Shown here: positions 16,169 to 32,154 of the stretch, in pieces | Layout: each line of letters begins with the position of its first letter | Numbering within the stretch: the stretch's first letter is position 1 | Assembly (NCBI GenBank): GCA_050613775.1 | Contig: JBODTK010000001.1 | Span: 1,550,001-1,614,000, forward strand | From: Neocallimastix sp. 'constans' | Lineage: Eukaryota | Reading direction: 5' to 3' | Length of the DNA stretch: 64,000 nucleotides | Made by a program: the position numbers and the translations under genes | Notes under the pieces: model-generated | Databases searched by the model: none | Told to the model about the DNA's origin: nothing | Seen by the model: the letters and a program-made list of their open reading frames with translations, nothing else

Positions 16169-17995
16169 GGTTATATATTAAATGTATACGCTTTGAAAAA
16201 AACTATTTATATAATATTATTAATAAATAAATAAATAAATATAAATATTTATAGTTAATATACTAATTTTCAATTAAAGTAAATATAAATATATATAAAA
16301 AAAGAAAAAAAAGATGTCATTTAAACATCTATAATTTATAAAAAATATTCATCTTTTTTCGAAAACAGTATGCATATTAGTCAATTCTATTTTGTTTTGT
16401 TTATTAATACTTTGTTTATTGTTTGCTTATTTTCTCTTTATTTACTTCAGTGGTTTCAACAACTTTTTACGATTTTAATATTCAAAAGATTCTTTGTTTG
16501 TTTACTTATCAAGTAAATTTTCTATTTTTTCATTAATTGATTGTTTAAATATTATATATTTTGATTTGTTTACATTTTATTTATTTTATTTTTTTTCTTT
16601 TTGTTATATTCCATTTCGAATTAAATTTACTTTCACAAATATTTATATATAGTTTACCTTTAATAATAAATAAATTAATGGATTTTAGATGTATTGTTAT
16701 GAAAAAAGTAATCCTTTATTATTTTTTCTTTATGAAATAAAAGATTTATTTATATGATATTAAAATATTAATAAGGTGAAAAACAAATAGAATAAAAAAA
16801 AAAGTTAAAATAAAAATAATTTTAAAATTATAAAAAAAAAAAATAATATATTTAAATAAAATATATATATGTATATAATATTTAGAATAATAGAAAAATA
16901 AATACATTTTATATAATATTAATATTAATCTTTCTAATAATAGAATTAGAATATAAATATTCTAACAATTTCTCTAATATTAATTATATACATTACATTC
17001 ATTATTTCTTTTTTATAATTTATTATTATTTATTTATTATAATAATTATTATTTATTATTATTAATTACATTTTTAATATGATTATTATTATTATTATTT
17101 ATTATTATTTTTAATAAACTTATTTACATTTTTAATAGAACTATTATTTGTTAATAATTAATAATATTAAGTTTTACTACTATTATCAATTATTATTTTA
17201 TCATTTTAATAATTATAATTTACAATTTTATATTTTTTTATATTAGATGATGAACCATATAAAATGTATATATTATATAATACAATAATTTATTCTATTT
17301 ATTATATTCATATATTCATAATATATATATTAGTATATATATTTGGATTGATAAAATTAGTTTTGAACAAAACATTCAATTTTTTTTATTTCCAAACATG
17401 GCAATTTAATATATATTAAATTATTAATTAAAAACATGAAAATGAATATATAAAGCATTAATAGACTATATTGATAATATATTTAGTGTAAGGTAATAAA
17501 TTATTCAAGATTTGAAAATAATAAATAAAAGAATATGAATAATAGTAAAAAACAATATATAAATAAAATATAAATATCTATATAAATAAATAAATAGAAA
17601 TTTAAGTATAAAATATAAATATTAAAATATATATTAATATAAATTTAAAATAAATATTTAAATAAATATTAATTTAAATATAAATAAATTTATATAAATA
17701 AACGTATAATAAATAGATTTTATATAGTTTTTTATTAAAATTAAATCAATATTTTATAAATAATGAACTGCATATATGCTACAATTATATTGTGAATATA
17801 AATAATGTATATATATATTATAGTTTTTGATTTAATATAAAATAATAATTAATTATTAATATAAAAAAATAATTATTAATTACATATAAGAAATAAAAAA
17901 AAAAAAATAATTTCTTATTTATACAAAAAACGGCCGTTCTAATCTATTTCTTCTTTCTCATCACAGCTATTTATATAGTTAATATCACATTTTAT

Positions 17996-18031
<36 letters not shown>

Positions 18032-20820
18032 AATGTTAAGAGTTGAACGTATTCTTTGTTGTATAATAGCTGTATTATCTGTTATTATCTGTTTAATATA
18101 AATTATTATATTAATAATTTAAGCAATAAGCTTTAAAGTTTATCACGTACTTTTTTTACTTCATGAGTATTTATTTTGATCGATGGTTCATCATTTCTAA
18201 TTCCTATTTATTAAAGTGACCTACTTAAAGGAATGATACTATCATTGACTATAAAAAAAAAATGACCCTGTTTCAATTTTAATCTTAAATCTTACATTTT
18301 TATTTTTTGTATAAATAATAAAGCTAATTTAAATTCTCCTTTTTTTTCTTATTTTTATTTTATAAAAAAAATATCATTTATGAATAATTTTTTAAAAAAT
18401 TTTATTATTTGTACATAAACATTTAAATATATTATAAAATACAATAATAATTATAATTTATTGGTGTTTTTATACCACCTCATTTAACTTATTTAATCTT
18501 CTATTCTATTTCTATTTATTATTCCTATTTATTTATTTATTTATTTATTATTATTATTTATTATTTATTTATTTATTTATTATTTATTATTTATTATTTA
18601 TTTATTTATTTATTATTTATTATTTATTATTTATTATTTATTATTTATTATTTATTTATTATTTATTATTTATTTATTTATTTATTTATTATTTTTTATA
18701 AATTACCATAGTATTAATTATAGAAATGAACCCCCAAAACCTCAAACAATGCATTTATTTTTATTAAGTAATTTATCTGTTTTTCTATTTGCATATTTAT
18801 TGATTATTTTATTGCCTTTTTTTGTAAAAATTTATTACCAAATTGTTTGTAAGCCGCTGTTTGAAATTGACTTAAAAGTAAAATCAAAGAAATTTATTAT
18901 TAATATATAAATAATAAATTATATAATATATAAAAGCATTTGATAATAATATATTAATTTCTATGCTATTTTTAAATCTATTTTAAAATTTATGAATGCC
19001 TACTCTAATATTATTTTTATAATAATAAATAAAGTATTCTATTATTATAATCACTTTAAATATTAATAAATTTAACAATTTAAATAATATACAAATGGTC
19101 AATTAATAACAGAAGAAATAATAATAAATAGTACAATCTTACTATCATAAATGATATTTTTTTATTATCAATACTACTATTTTATTATCATTATTATAAA
19201 TATGTGTATATAACCAATTTACTAATTATTATTTTTAAATTAATTATCATTTATAATTCCTATTTATTTATTTAATTATTGATTTATTATTTTTTTACTT
19301 ATTAATTTATTATTTATTATAAAATTATTTATTTATTTATTATTGGATTTAATTATTTATTTATTTATTAAAATGGTCTTATATTTTATAAATAAAAAAA
19401 TATAGTAGGCTTTTTATACTTTAATATACCATGAAACAACAATTAAATAGAATTTGATATATTAAATAATATATTAAATATTTTTAAATTCATATATTAC
19501 ATATATTAATTTTTAATGCTTTTTTTCCTTTTTTAAAATTTTTTTTGTTTGATTAATATAATATGTAAATTTTACTAAATGTAACCATATATTGTAGTAT
19601 ATATATAATATACTTAGATTTATTGTTTATATAAAAATGTAATTAAATAGAAATAAATGTATACTACATTAAATAATAAATAAATAAATAAATATATAAT
19701 AATTCATATGAAATAAAATTTTAGTCTTTTTAATTAAAGCAAAAGGCTTTTAAATTATAAATATATTATTTATATCATATTTAAATTATAAATATATTAT
19801 TTATATCATATTTCATATATTTCATTTTATTTACAATATATTGTTAATTATTCAATAAATAGATGAATAAAAAAAATAATATAGAAAGTTAACAAAACAA
19901 ATGTTTAACTATTTTTCTCCTACTAAATGTCACTTATACTAGGAAAACTAAAACGCCAACTAGAACCTCATAACGTCTTCTATTAAATTTATTAAAATTA
20001 TTTATAAAACCTACTTATGAACTATTAAGAATAATATATATATATATAATTTTTGTAATATACAGCTACTAATCCTATCCTAATTAGAGATTTATATTAT
20101 TAATAATTTATATTATTTTTATAATTTATAATTAATTTAAATTTTTTATCAATTGGTTTTAGATAATTATTTAAAATATATATCCATTACTAAACAGTTA
20201 CCGAAATTTTATATCTATTACTGAACAGTTATTTAAAATTTAAAAATTATTATTTCTAACTGAATAATTATTATTTATTCTCTTTTTTTTTTTTTTTTTT
20301 TGATTGATTGATTGATTGATTGTTTGCTTGTTTGCTTGCTTGCTTGCTTGTTTCTTATCATTATTATTAATCATTTAAATATTATTAGATAGAATTTATT
20401 AATTGATTTTTTTTTTTTTTTTTTTTTTTTACATTTATATATACATAGTTTGTTTGATATTTTTATTTCTTTTATTAATAAATATAATAAATATAATAGA
20501 TATAATAAATATTTTTAATTAATTTTCAAACATTTTTTAATAATGAAAATGAAAAGCATTACACAAGTTTCCTTTTAAGAAAATCTTCATGACTTAAATT
20601 TTAAATGTTAAATCAGTTAACCTTCCTATTTTAGTAAGTAATAATCAAAACCGCCTATTAAAATGATGGGAAATTAAATATCTATTTTATAATATTAATT
20701 GAATAATTTATATTATCAAATAAAAAATACATGTATAATGATGATGTTACATTAATAAAAATAATGATTAAAAATACTATACATTAACACAAAATGTATA
20801 CAATCATCATTAATACAGGA

Positions 20821-20884
<64 letters not shown>

Positions 20885-20968
20885 TAATAAGTTACGAACC
20901 AAGATACATTTAATTAAATATTTATTTAGTGTTTTATACTCTTTTCTTTTATATAACAATTCAAAAGG

Positions 20969-21018
<50 letters not shown>

Positions 21019-21316
21019 TATTTTCGTAAAAAAATTATCTATATAAAGTATATTTTAATAAAAATTAAAATATAAAAAAAAAAAAAAAAAAAAAAAGCAA
21101 ATGATCTATAATTTTTATATATTTATTATTATACATTAAACAAGATATAGTTATTTATCAGACTACAACAAAATGTAATATCAATAATGATAATAGAATT
21201 TATGAAATATCTTGAATATTAAATAATAATGAAAAAATATTAAATAAATAATTAAATAATAAACAATAAATAATAAATAATAAATAATTAAATAATAATG
21301 AAAAATATTAAATAAA

Positions 21317-22630
21317 TGTTGTTTTTAGTAGTATTTTATATAATTATATTAAATTTTTAGAGAAGAACACTTCTTAAATAATTATATTATTTTATTATTT
21401 CATACACATAATATTTTATATATATTTATTACATGTAACATCCAAAATTTTTGCGCCACTACTACATATGTACTAGTTCATTAATTAGATTTTACTACGT
21501 AACATCTTTACTAAATACTATTTATAATTATATATAAGTTTAATTTATGTATTTCATATTTATTTATTTATATAATATTAAACTTAATTTCTGGCATTCC
21601 CCCATAAGCTTAATGTTTTCTTACTTCAAATAGCAAAGTATTTTTAAACCTTTTTGTTAGAGATCTATTCAATTATTTTGTGAAACCATATGCAAGATTA
21701 TATTGTGATTTAATATATTTTATATCTATTTTTTCTTCTTTTATTAATTTTCTTATTTTATGAAATCTTAAATCAATAAGTTTTGAATCAAATTTATCTT
21801 GAAAATCAAAACATACTTTTAAATTTTCTTATTCCTAAAATTTAATATTCATGTTTGAAATGAATATTGAAAGAGATATACATTCGGGATCATATTGAGT
21901 TAGATAATGATTCCTTATTTTCTTTTATTCTATCTTTACTACTACTTACATTTAAATTTTTAATCATTTTATAGAATTCATATTCTGTAGAAGATATGAA
22001 ATCTATATTTTCAGCCAACTCTTACTTATACTATTTATTAGAATTTCCTTAGCTTTGGTATCTTGGATAACAGTGTTATTTTTTGTAAATTTAGCATAAT
22101 AAGTATCTAAGGTATCATCAACTAATATTAATTTTGCTTTTTGCTCATTTGACCAATATGCTCCATTTATCTTTATTAGTATTTTTTGATAAATATATTT
22201 TTCCAGACATTGTTTCTTTAATATCAAATGAAACTGTTGCTTCCACACCTTAAAATTAGTATCATCTAATATATCCTTAGTTCTGATTATTTCTTTATCG
22301 GATATTTTTGGGGTATTTATTTTGGATATTAAAAATTTTAATTAATACTTAATTTTTTATTATATTTATTTATGAGTCTATTGAAACTCTTAATCTGTTA
22401 TTTTTAGTAGAAGTTTATTAAATTATACTAAATTTTTTACAGAAGATCATTTCTAAAAATTATTATTATTAAATTATTTTATATTACATACACATAATAT
22501 TTTATAATATTTTATATATATTTATTACATGTAACATACGATATTTTATGCGCCACTACTATATGTGTACTAGCTCATTAATTAGATTATTCTACATAAA
22601 TCTTATACTAAATACTATTTATATAATATT
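21317..22630 (-). mobile_element. Internally deleted, degenerate Copia LTR element (TRIM-like, ~1.3 kb)
   Basis: Two diverged direct repeats: 21317-21596 (TG...CA on the minus strand, preceded by the PPT GGGGGAA) and 22396-~22630. PBS GATTAAGAGTTTCA is at 22382-22395. The interior holds an RNase H C-terminal remnant (DLRFHKIR...YIKSQYNLAYGFTK) and a probable gag remnant. Confidence 0.8.
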
Positions 22631-22820
22631 ATAATGAAAAAATATTAAATAAATAATAAATAATAAATAATAAATAATTATTATTAAATAATAATGAAAA
22701 AATATTAAATAAATAATAAATAATAAATAATAAATAATTATTATTAAATAATAATGAAAAAATATTAAATAAATAATAAATAATAAATAATAAATAATAA
22801 ATAATAAATAATAAATAATA
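22631..22820. repeat. 60-bp minisatellite with (TAAATAA)n core; related units at 21221-21316
   Basis: ataatgaaaaaatattaaataaataataaa...ttattaaata occurs exactly at 22631 and 22691, and partially at 22751. Confidence 0.85.
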
Positions 22821-23044
22821 AAAAAAAAAACATTTCGTTACTATAGAAAGTATCATGATCCTCTGTAGAAAAAGAAGAGGCTTTGTTAAAAATTTAATCT
22901 TTTTTTTTTTTTTTTTTAAAATGATCAGTATATACTTTTCGTTTAATATTTTAATTTTTATGTTTTTTTTTTTTTTTTTTTTTTTATTATTTTTTTTTTA
23001 TTTATTTCTTATTCTTTTTTTCTTTATGTTTTTTTTTCTTTATG

Positions 23045-23077
<33 letters not shown>

Positions 23078-23179
23078 TATTAAAATTTATATAGAACTTA
23101 TTTTTTATCATATTCATAAAGAATTTATTTTTATAGAAAATACTTATTAAATTTATATATTTTTCTTTTTATCATAATT

Positions 23180-23259
<80 letters not shown>

Positions 23260-23302
23260 TTGAATCCCTATTAAAACATTTAAAATTCACATAATATTAA
23301 TA

Positions 23303-23340
<38 letters not shown>

Positions 23341-23712
23341 ATATTTATTATTAACGTTTTTATTATTATTATTATAACATTTATTATTCTTTTTATTATA
23401 ATTATAATCTTTATTATTAATGTTTATATTATTATTATAATCTTTATTATTAATGTTTATATTATAATTATTATTATTATTATTGCATTAGTATTTGTAT
23501 TAGTATTTTTATGCTTATTATGTATATTTTGCGATTTCATTGTGATATAATATATATATATATATAAAGCTTCCTTCGATAAAAAAAAATATTGATTTTT
23601 GAACAAATATACTTTTATAGATATTTATGGGATCACTAGATTCAGAATTCATTTAAAAAAGTTCTTTTATAATCTCTTTGTTCTTTCAGCATTTCATTAT
23701 ACCTTTTTTTTA

Positions 23713-23743
<31 letters not shown>

Positions 23744-23819
23744 GGTTTCGCCAAAAAAGTTATTTATTCGGTTCCATGTATCTACGACTAAGATCGAATA
23801 AAATTTCTGAATAGAATAA

Positions 23820-25322
23820 ATTTTTTTTTTTTAACTGCACTATTCCTTTGCCATATCGGTACGACGTCGGGACTCTTGGTAATGAAAGTGTTTTTGCTAA
23901 ACCTCTCAAAAAAGTAACTCAAGAAAACTACTGATAATCGGTATTGAAATAGCAAGATATTCCGTAAGTCCCACAATATACGGAACAGTAGACCCCTGTG
24001 AACTTTTTATGAGTTGTTTACTTAAATGTCTCTGTTCCCCAGTATTGAATTGTAGCTCATCTAAAGCTGAAATTCCATTAGGAAGGAATATTTAAATATA
24101 CCTGTTTATGAAATTTTCATATTCTAAAAAATATTTGAATAAGAAGATAGAGCATTCAAATATCCAATGAATAAAAGATTGTTCACCTTTTCCACAGCAA
24201 GGGCAGAATTTAGAAACTCTACCACTTCTAATTGCAATAGTGGTATTATATTTGTAACCAGCTCCAAATCTTAAGATCCAGTTAAAACCTAAACTTAAAT
24301 GAGGGTATTCAAGGCTGAACATAAATACATTTCTAGTATTTATAAATTTGAAATTATCGTAATAAATACCCTTAATTCCTTGGAAATTACCAACATCAAA
24401 CCAATAGGATTCAATAGCATCTTTGAATTTAGTGATATTCTTTTTCTTAATTTTCTTGTAGAGCACCAGTGATTTTTTCGACCAAGAATAACGTGGCATG
24501 GAAGGGATGTGGTTTATGAGATCTTTAATAATACTTTTAGAATTTCTCCATTTACAAAAGAATTTTATTTGAAAAGAAGCACAAAAGCCAGCAATTAGAA
24601 ATACTTGAAGATCATGAGATAAGGCATAAACACTAACTGTTGAGTTCCTTTTGATATAATTTTTATTTTTTTTCTTCTTTTCAATGTTAAGATAATCTTC
24701 CTTGTTCGAGGAGTCAGAATCAATACACCACAACAATGTAATGTTAATTAAAGATTGTACATTCTTAGAATTGATTTTGTTTGAACCTAAGAGTGTAGCA
24801 AAATATAATGCTTTGCTAATAATATATGATTAAATAATAGATCTATTAAAAGTTAGTGGAACTTTCTTATTAGATAAAAAACTAGAGAAAGAAAATAAGG
24901 ATTTTCTAACTTTAGTATTCATATAAATGATAATAAGCTCAAGGGAAAGATCATTACTGAAGCGGGGATACCTAAGGAAATATACACACAGATTCTTTAG
25001 GGATAGAATGAATCCCAAGGTAAAATGTAGGTTCTTCATAACCAGGATATAAAACAAAATTTTTAAGGGTTTAACAACCATTGTAGCGCATTTATATTGA
25101 TACCAATAGACATTTCATTTTTCATTTTTATTAGCTCAACAAAAAACATGACGTAGTAGAGCCTTCATTTTTCTTTCACTAGGCGCTATGAGAAGTATAT
25201 CATCAACAAAAAGACACCACAACATTTTTTATTATCAATACTGACCCCACATTTATTACAATTGGTTTAAAATATCATTAATGAATAAATTAAACAAATT
25301 TGGTGATAACAGGTAACCATGT
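23820..25322 (-). mobile_element. Degenerate LINE ORF2 3' half (RT plus C-terminal Cys/His finger)
   Basis: Minus-strand translation across frameshifts reads GYLLSPNLFNLFINDIL...LFVDDILLIAPS...KCATMVVKP, later FCPCCGKGEQSFIHWIFEC, and ends near ITKSPDVVPIWQ followed by an A-run. Stops and frameshifts are present. Confidence 0.85.
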
Positions 25323-25494
25323 AATTAATAAGTTAATATAAATAATAAAATATAGGTTCAATTAAATGTTAAAACAATATCAAGTTTAATAATTTTTTAT
25401 TTATTTTATTTTTTTATTTCTTATTCTTTATTACTTATTTTTTATGTTTTATTTCTATATATATTTATACATTCATACATTTATACATTCATAT

Positions 25495-25529
<35 letters not shown>

Positions 25530-25827
25530 AGTTTGCTATTTATTAACATAAATTTTTAAAAAAAAAATCTTTCTATAGATATATATATTACTGAATTTGA
25601 TATCTAAAACAATATATCATTATTTAAAATAAGTATAATATACAAATTTTTTTTTTCTATATATACATGTAAAACAAAAAAAAAAAAAAGTGGTAAATAA
25701 AAATATTTATGTTCTATACATATGGATTACAACTAATAACCTTTAATAACCTTTAATGATTATGAATAGTTATATAATAATATTATTATTACAATGTATA
25801 TTATGTTTTGTTAATGTATTTATATAT

Positions 25828-26572
25828 TTATTTTTCATCAGGAATAGTAACAGTAACAACAATGTTATCAGGATTATTCTTATTATCTTTTGAAATATCA
25901 CTACCCTTATTACTTTTTACGTCACTTCTTCTTGATACATTCTTCTTATAATCTTTAATGAATAATGAGAATAAAAAGATTAAGATACTAACAGGGAAAA
26001 TTGAATATAGATATGTTTTTCTGATGGCTTCTACATAAATAATATCACCATTGGGTACATCATTAATATTATTCACAGTAACAGGTGGTGCCTCAGGAAA
26101 ATGTTTTTTATAACAATAGGGATATATATTCTGTAGAAAGGTTCCATAGATAGCAACACCAATTACTCCACCAATAAAATTAAAGAAGGATGAAATGGTT
26201 GTACTAATACCTAAATACTCTGGAGGCGATACTTGTTGTGCTGCTAAAATGCAATTTTGATAGATAACTCCAACGCTTAATCCATATAATAAATAAATAA
26301 AAAATTCTACCTTATAAGAGGTATTAACATCAATCAGTGTAATTAAGTAAGCTCCAATAGAAGAGAAAAAGCTACCATACTTAATATACATTCCTATATG
26401 ACCCCATTTTCCAATAAAATAGCCACTTCCCATGGCTGTAAATGAATAGAATACACTTTATATTAAATAATAAAATTATAAAAAATTTAAAAAAAAAAAA
26501 AAATAAAATAAAATAAAAATAAAATAAAATAAAATAAAAATAAAAATAAAATAAAATTAGAATAAAATAAAA

Positions 26573-26645
<73 letters not shown>

Positions 26646-27254
26646 ATTAAATAAAAAATTTTAATAGTTTAGGCTAAATTATTTGATATCTGAAATAATA
26701 TTTAAATAATTTTATATTATAGCTATAATAGAACTACTTACGTTATAGGAACTAATCTTAGACCTGCATTTGTAGCACTAAAATGACGACCATCCTCTAT
26801 ATATATATATATCAATAATAAATAAATAGTAAATATTAATAAACATTATTTGAATTAAACTTATTAATTAATTAAAAGAAATGCGTTATTATAAAAGATT
26901 ATATAAAGTTAAATTAATATATAGAAAATGTTATGAAGAAAAAAAGATAATATATGAAAAATGACATAAAAAAAAAAGGCATAAAAGATAAAATGATATA
27001 AAGATAAATTAATATATTACGATATAAAAGAGGCAAAGTATTAATGAAAACTGAAATAACGAATCCTTCAAAAAAGTTTGTTATCGATGCAAATGTAATA
27101 TTTCTATACTTGAAAAGGAATGGAGGAGTAATAGGTTCAACCGCAAATTTAAATTCTATTAAGATATATAGAGCTAAAAAAAATATCCCTGCAATAAGTA
27201 ATATAATAATTACAGGTGAACTCCAAGAATATTTTGTACCTTTTAATAAATATG

Positions 27255-27302
<48 letters not shown>

Positions 27303-27601
27303 AGATAAAAAAAAATAAATAAATAAATACAATAATTTTTAATTTATATATAACACTCCAAGGAAGCATTTTAAATATACATACCACCCCAATTTAATGC
27401 TATTAATGTACATACTAAACAACCTATTTTAATAGTAATTTAATACATAAAAGAAAAAAGTTTAATTTTTATTATTTTAACCATATAAATAAAATTTAAA
27501 TTTATATATATTAAAATTTTAAAATTTAAATTTTTAATTCAGAATAATTTTATATATAATAAATATTAAGTAATAAGTAATAATAATAATAATAATAATA
27601 A

Positions 27602-27646
<45 letters not shown>

Positions 27647-28608
27647 GACATACCAATAAGTGAAAATGTTCCAAGAAAATCAATTCTTTTAATTTTTTCC
27701 ATCAATGAACTTTTTTTCATGGGAGTCTTGAAAAATAGAATGAATAATATGGAACATAATATACCAACAGGAATGTTAATATAGAATGACCATCTCCATC
27801 TTTTAATCAATAAAATTTTTATAAATTAAAGCGTAAAAAACAAAAAAAAATTTTTTTTTTTTAAAAAAAAAGTTTTTAATTAGTAATTAATGCTAAATAT
27901 TAATTTTATTATTATTAGTAATATTGATATAGATAACTATATATATAGGAGGGGGGGGAATTAATTTTTAATTTAATTACGATAGATTATCAGTAAAGAA
28001 TCCACCTAATAAAGGACCTATGACTGAGGATAGAGCATAAATCACACCATTAACACTCATATATATACCTCTATATTATTAAAAGTGATCGATACAAAAT
28101 CATATATATATATATATATAAAATTAAATTTGATATTTCAATATAATAATTTTTAGTTAATAAAAAAAAAAAAAAAAAAAAAAAAAAAACTAATAATAAT
28201 AACAATAACAAAAATAAATTAATATTAATTTTTATATAATTTAACTTTGATATATATATATGTAAATATATAAGACTTAATCTAATATTTTATTATATAT
28301 ATATATAACTTGCCTAACATTATATTTTATATTATTTTTATTTTATTCTATTTGATAAAAATTAAATAATTGATGAATATAATAATAAAAAATTTATTAA
28401 TAGATACCTTTTACTCAATGGGGTAATGTCAGCAATAAGAATGATGGCTAATGATATAATACCTCCGCCACCAATACCTTGAATTACTCTTCCAATAATT
28501 AGTACACCTATATTTGATGCGACTTTTTTTTTTAATAAATAATAATAATAATAATATATTGTATAATAAAAAAAAAAAGTAGTATTACATTTAATTTAAA
28601 ACAATATC

Positions 28609-28652
<44 letters not shown>

Positions 28653-28766
28653 TTATAATAAAGTACCACCGCAAAGAAGAGAAGATATAGTAAATATGAA
28701 AAAAAATAAAATCATTAATGATCTACCGCTAAAGATGTCTGCCACTATCTCGGTTTTAGAAGGAAA

Positions 28767-28808
<42 letters not shown>

Positions 28809-29466
28809 TATTATTATTATAATAATAATAATAACAAAAAAAGTAGTAACATAATAAATATGTAAAAAAATAATAATTACAATATTATAAGAAAAAAAAT
28901 AAAATAATTTTATCTTTCAGTAATTATTTTTTATTTTTTTCTTTCAAAAAGAAGAAAAAAAAAATTGACATTAAATTATTTTAATTTGAACTATATAATT
29001 ATATAATTTCATACATTTTCCAACCACTTTGCATTATTATATAATATATATAAATTATTCATAAAATAAAGTTTAAATATAAATTTAAGCATATATATAT
29101 ATAAATTAATTAATATTAGTTAATAAATTATATATTAGATAGAAAAAAATATTAACAAATTATATATATAAATATCTTCGTTTTATTATGAACATTAATT
29201 AATAAAAATTATAAATTGTATATTTCTGTATATAAATAAATAATAATAATAAAAAAAAAAAAATAGTAAAAAACTATTAAAAATTTAAAAATTATATAAA
29301 TCTATTTATATATACATGGTTGAATTGCTGTATCAGTGATCATATAGGCAGTAATAACCCAAGTGTAACTTTCATAGGCGTAAAATTCTTTACTAATTGT
29401 TGGAAGTGCTGTTGAAACAATCGTAGTATCCAAATTTGCCATAATCAGGGAAACAACTATATAAAT

Positions 29467-29516
<50 letters not shown>

Positions 29517-29969
29517 GTTATAAATTTCAATTATAAAGATAAGAATAAGAATATTAATATGAATAGTATGTATAACACAAATATGAATAATAATAATGAT
29601 AATAATTTTCAATTCTATCATCTTCTCATCTTCTCATCTTCCAATCAAATATGTATATCATTAATTTAACCTGCTTATATATATATATATATATATAAAT
29701 ACTTACTTATACTAATATAAACTAGTATAAATTTGCCCTATAATACATTTTTTTTTTTTTAATATGGTATAACAGAATTAATTAGATAATGTAATATAGT
29801 CTCAAAATGCTGCTTTATATCCATATTATATAACAGATTTTTTTTCTTTCTTTCTTGCTTTCTTTATATATATATATATATATACCTTTGTAAATTTAAT
29901 TTTTATAAAATCAGGATCTACATTATTCACTTCTTTTATTGTTTTACTTTCATTATTAGTTTCATTCAT
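25828..29969 (-). CDS. MFS transporter, DHA2 (14-TMS drug:H+ antiporter) type, many exons
   Basis: Spliced translation includes LDTTIVSTALPTISKEF...WVITAYM, motif A GKLADIFSGR, GRVIQGIGGGG, GPLLGGFFTD, WRWSFYINIPVG and DFLG. ATG at 29969, TAA at 25828-25830. Confidence 0.9.
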
Positions 29970-30181
29970 TATTATATATTATAAATATTTAATTTTTTTT
30001 TTTTTTATTTTCTAAAAATAAAAAATGAATTTATATTAAAATATATGATGAAAATAAAATATATTAATATTTTAAAATATTTTTTATCACTTTTAATATA
30101 ATAAATTTTAATAATTCCTTTAAAATATATATAAATATATAAGTTCTATAATTATATATATATATACATTTTATTATATTG

Positions 30182-30212
<31 letters not shown>

Positions 30213-30587
30213 AAAATATTAGAGTATTTAAATAATAATTTATATTTAAAAAAAATATTAGAGTATTTAAATAATAATTTATAAAAAAAAATAAGAAAAA
30301 AAAGTATATATATTTATATCTTCATTCAATAATAAAGATAAAAATCTTATTTTAATTTTTAAAAAAAAAAAAAATAGAGAAATATGTAAATTTATAAATT
30401 TATTATTATTATTATTAAAAGAAAAAAAAAAGGGCAAAACTTTAAATTATAGTAAAATATTGATCTCTTTATTGAAAATATTTAATTTTAATTTATATAT
30501 AAATAAATAAATTTTATTAAGTAAATAACAAAAAATAAAATAAAATAAATATATAAAAAAAAAAAAATGAATATAAAAGAAAATGAA

Positions 30588-30621
<34 letters not shown>

Positions 30622-31501
30622 GAAAAAATTTTCTTTAAATGAATATTAATATTATTAATTATTTTTATTATTATTATAAATATACATTATTTATTAATAG
30701 AAATAGAAATAAGGTAAATTAAAAATAAAATAAAATAAAATAAAATAATAAGGTAAAAAAACAAAATAAAATTTAAATTTTGGATAATATTATAATATTA
30801 TAATATTATATTATGACAAAAAAAATTAAATAAAATATATATTTTTAAATATATTTAATTAATACTAAGTAATAATATGAAAACTCTTTAATAAAACTGC
30901 CGAAAAAAAAAAAAAAAAATAAAAATAAAATACAAACATAATAATAATAATAATAGAAACATTATTACAATTTCATTTATATATTTCTTTATTATTTTAT
31001 AAATAAAATAATTATCTATTTAAAAAATTATATTAAAATATAAATATAAATTATAGAGATAGATCATCCATCAAAATTTTTATATTAAAACGTAAATAAA
31101 AATATATATATATTTGTAAATTTCTATTCTTATTTTTTATGAAATAATTCATTATTTTTAAATTCTAAAAAATTTAATTTTTATATTACAATGATTTATA
31201 GATGAGCTTTTCAAGTAATAAATAAAAAAATGTTTTATATATATATATATTTTGGATAGATTAACCTTATAATAATCTTGTTAAACTTTTCATGTGTTTA
31301 AAAAAAATATATATATATATATATAATAAAATTAATAATTAAAGTTAATCACGAAAAAATATATAAATTTATTTTATACTTTCGATGGTTCTAAAAAAAA
31401 AATTATAAAAATAATTTATAATAAAATAAAATAAAATTATATATTCTACTCTATTGATCTATTTATTTATTCATTTAATTAAAATTATATAAAAAATTCT
31501 A

Positions 31502-31544
<43 letters not shown>

Positions 31545-31908
31545 TTTGTTAATATTGAATATCATAATTTATATTACATGTATACTATAAATAACTTTTT
31601 CAAAAAATGGAATTATACATATAATATACGACAAATGATAAAGATATAATTTATTTTAATTCATTTTATTTTGTTATTATTTTATATCATTGTATTATTT
31701 TTATCTTTTTTTTTTTTTTTTTATTTTTATAAAATATAAAATAAATATCATAATTTAAAATTACATTAATTGTTTTTTGATTAGGTTATTAACTATATAA
31801 ATATTATTTCTTAAATAAAAATTTGTGAGAAAAAAGAAATACTATCATAATATATTAGTAAAAAGGTATATTTGTATAATATTAAAAAAAAAAAATGATA
31901 TATAATAT

Positions 31909-31939
<31 letters not shown>

Positions 31940-32115
31940 TATTGAAATAATTATAAATATATTAATATATATATTACTAAATACTAAAAATATTATTCAT
32001 GCATTCACAACATTCATAACATTGAATGTTATTCATAGCTATTTATTGCATTCATCGTAAATGCAAATAATCTTCGCCATATATGCAACTATAATCTATA
32101 TATAGTATTTAATTA

Positions 32116-32154
<39 letters not shown>

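Noticed and set aside
22631..22820. CRISPR-like regular repeats (also 2847-3032 and 63255-63397)
   Set aside because: Head-to-tail tandem units with no unique spacers, no cas genes and a eukaryotic context.
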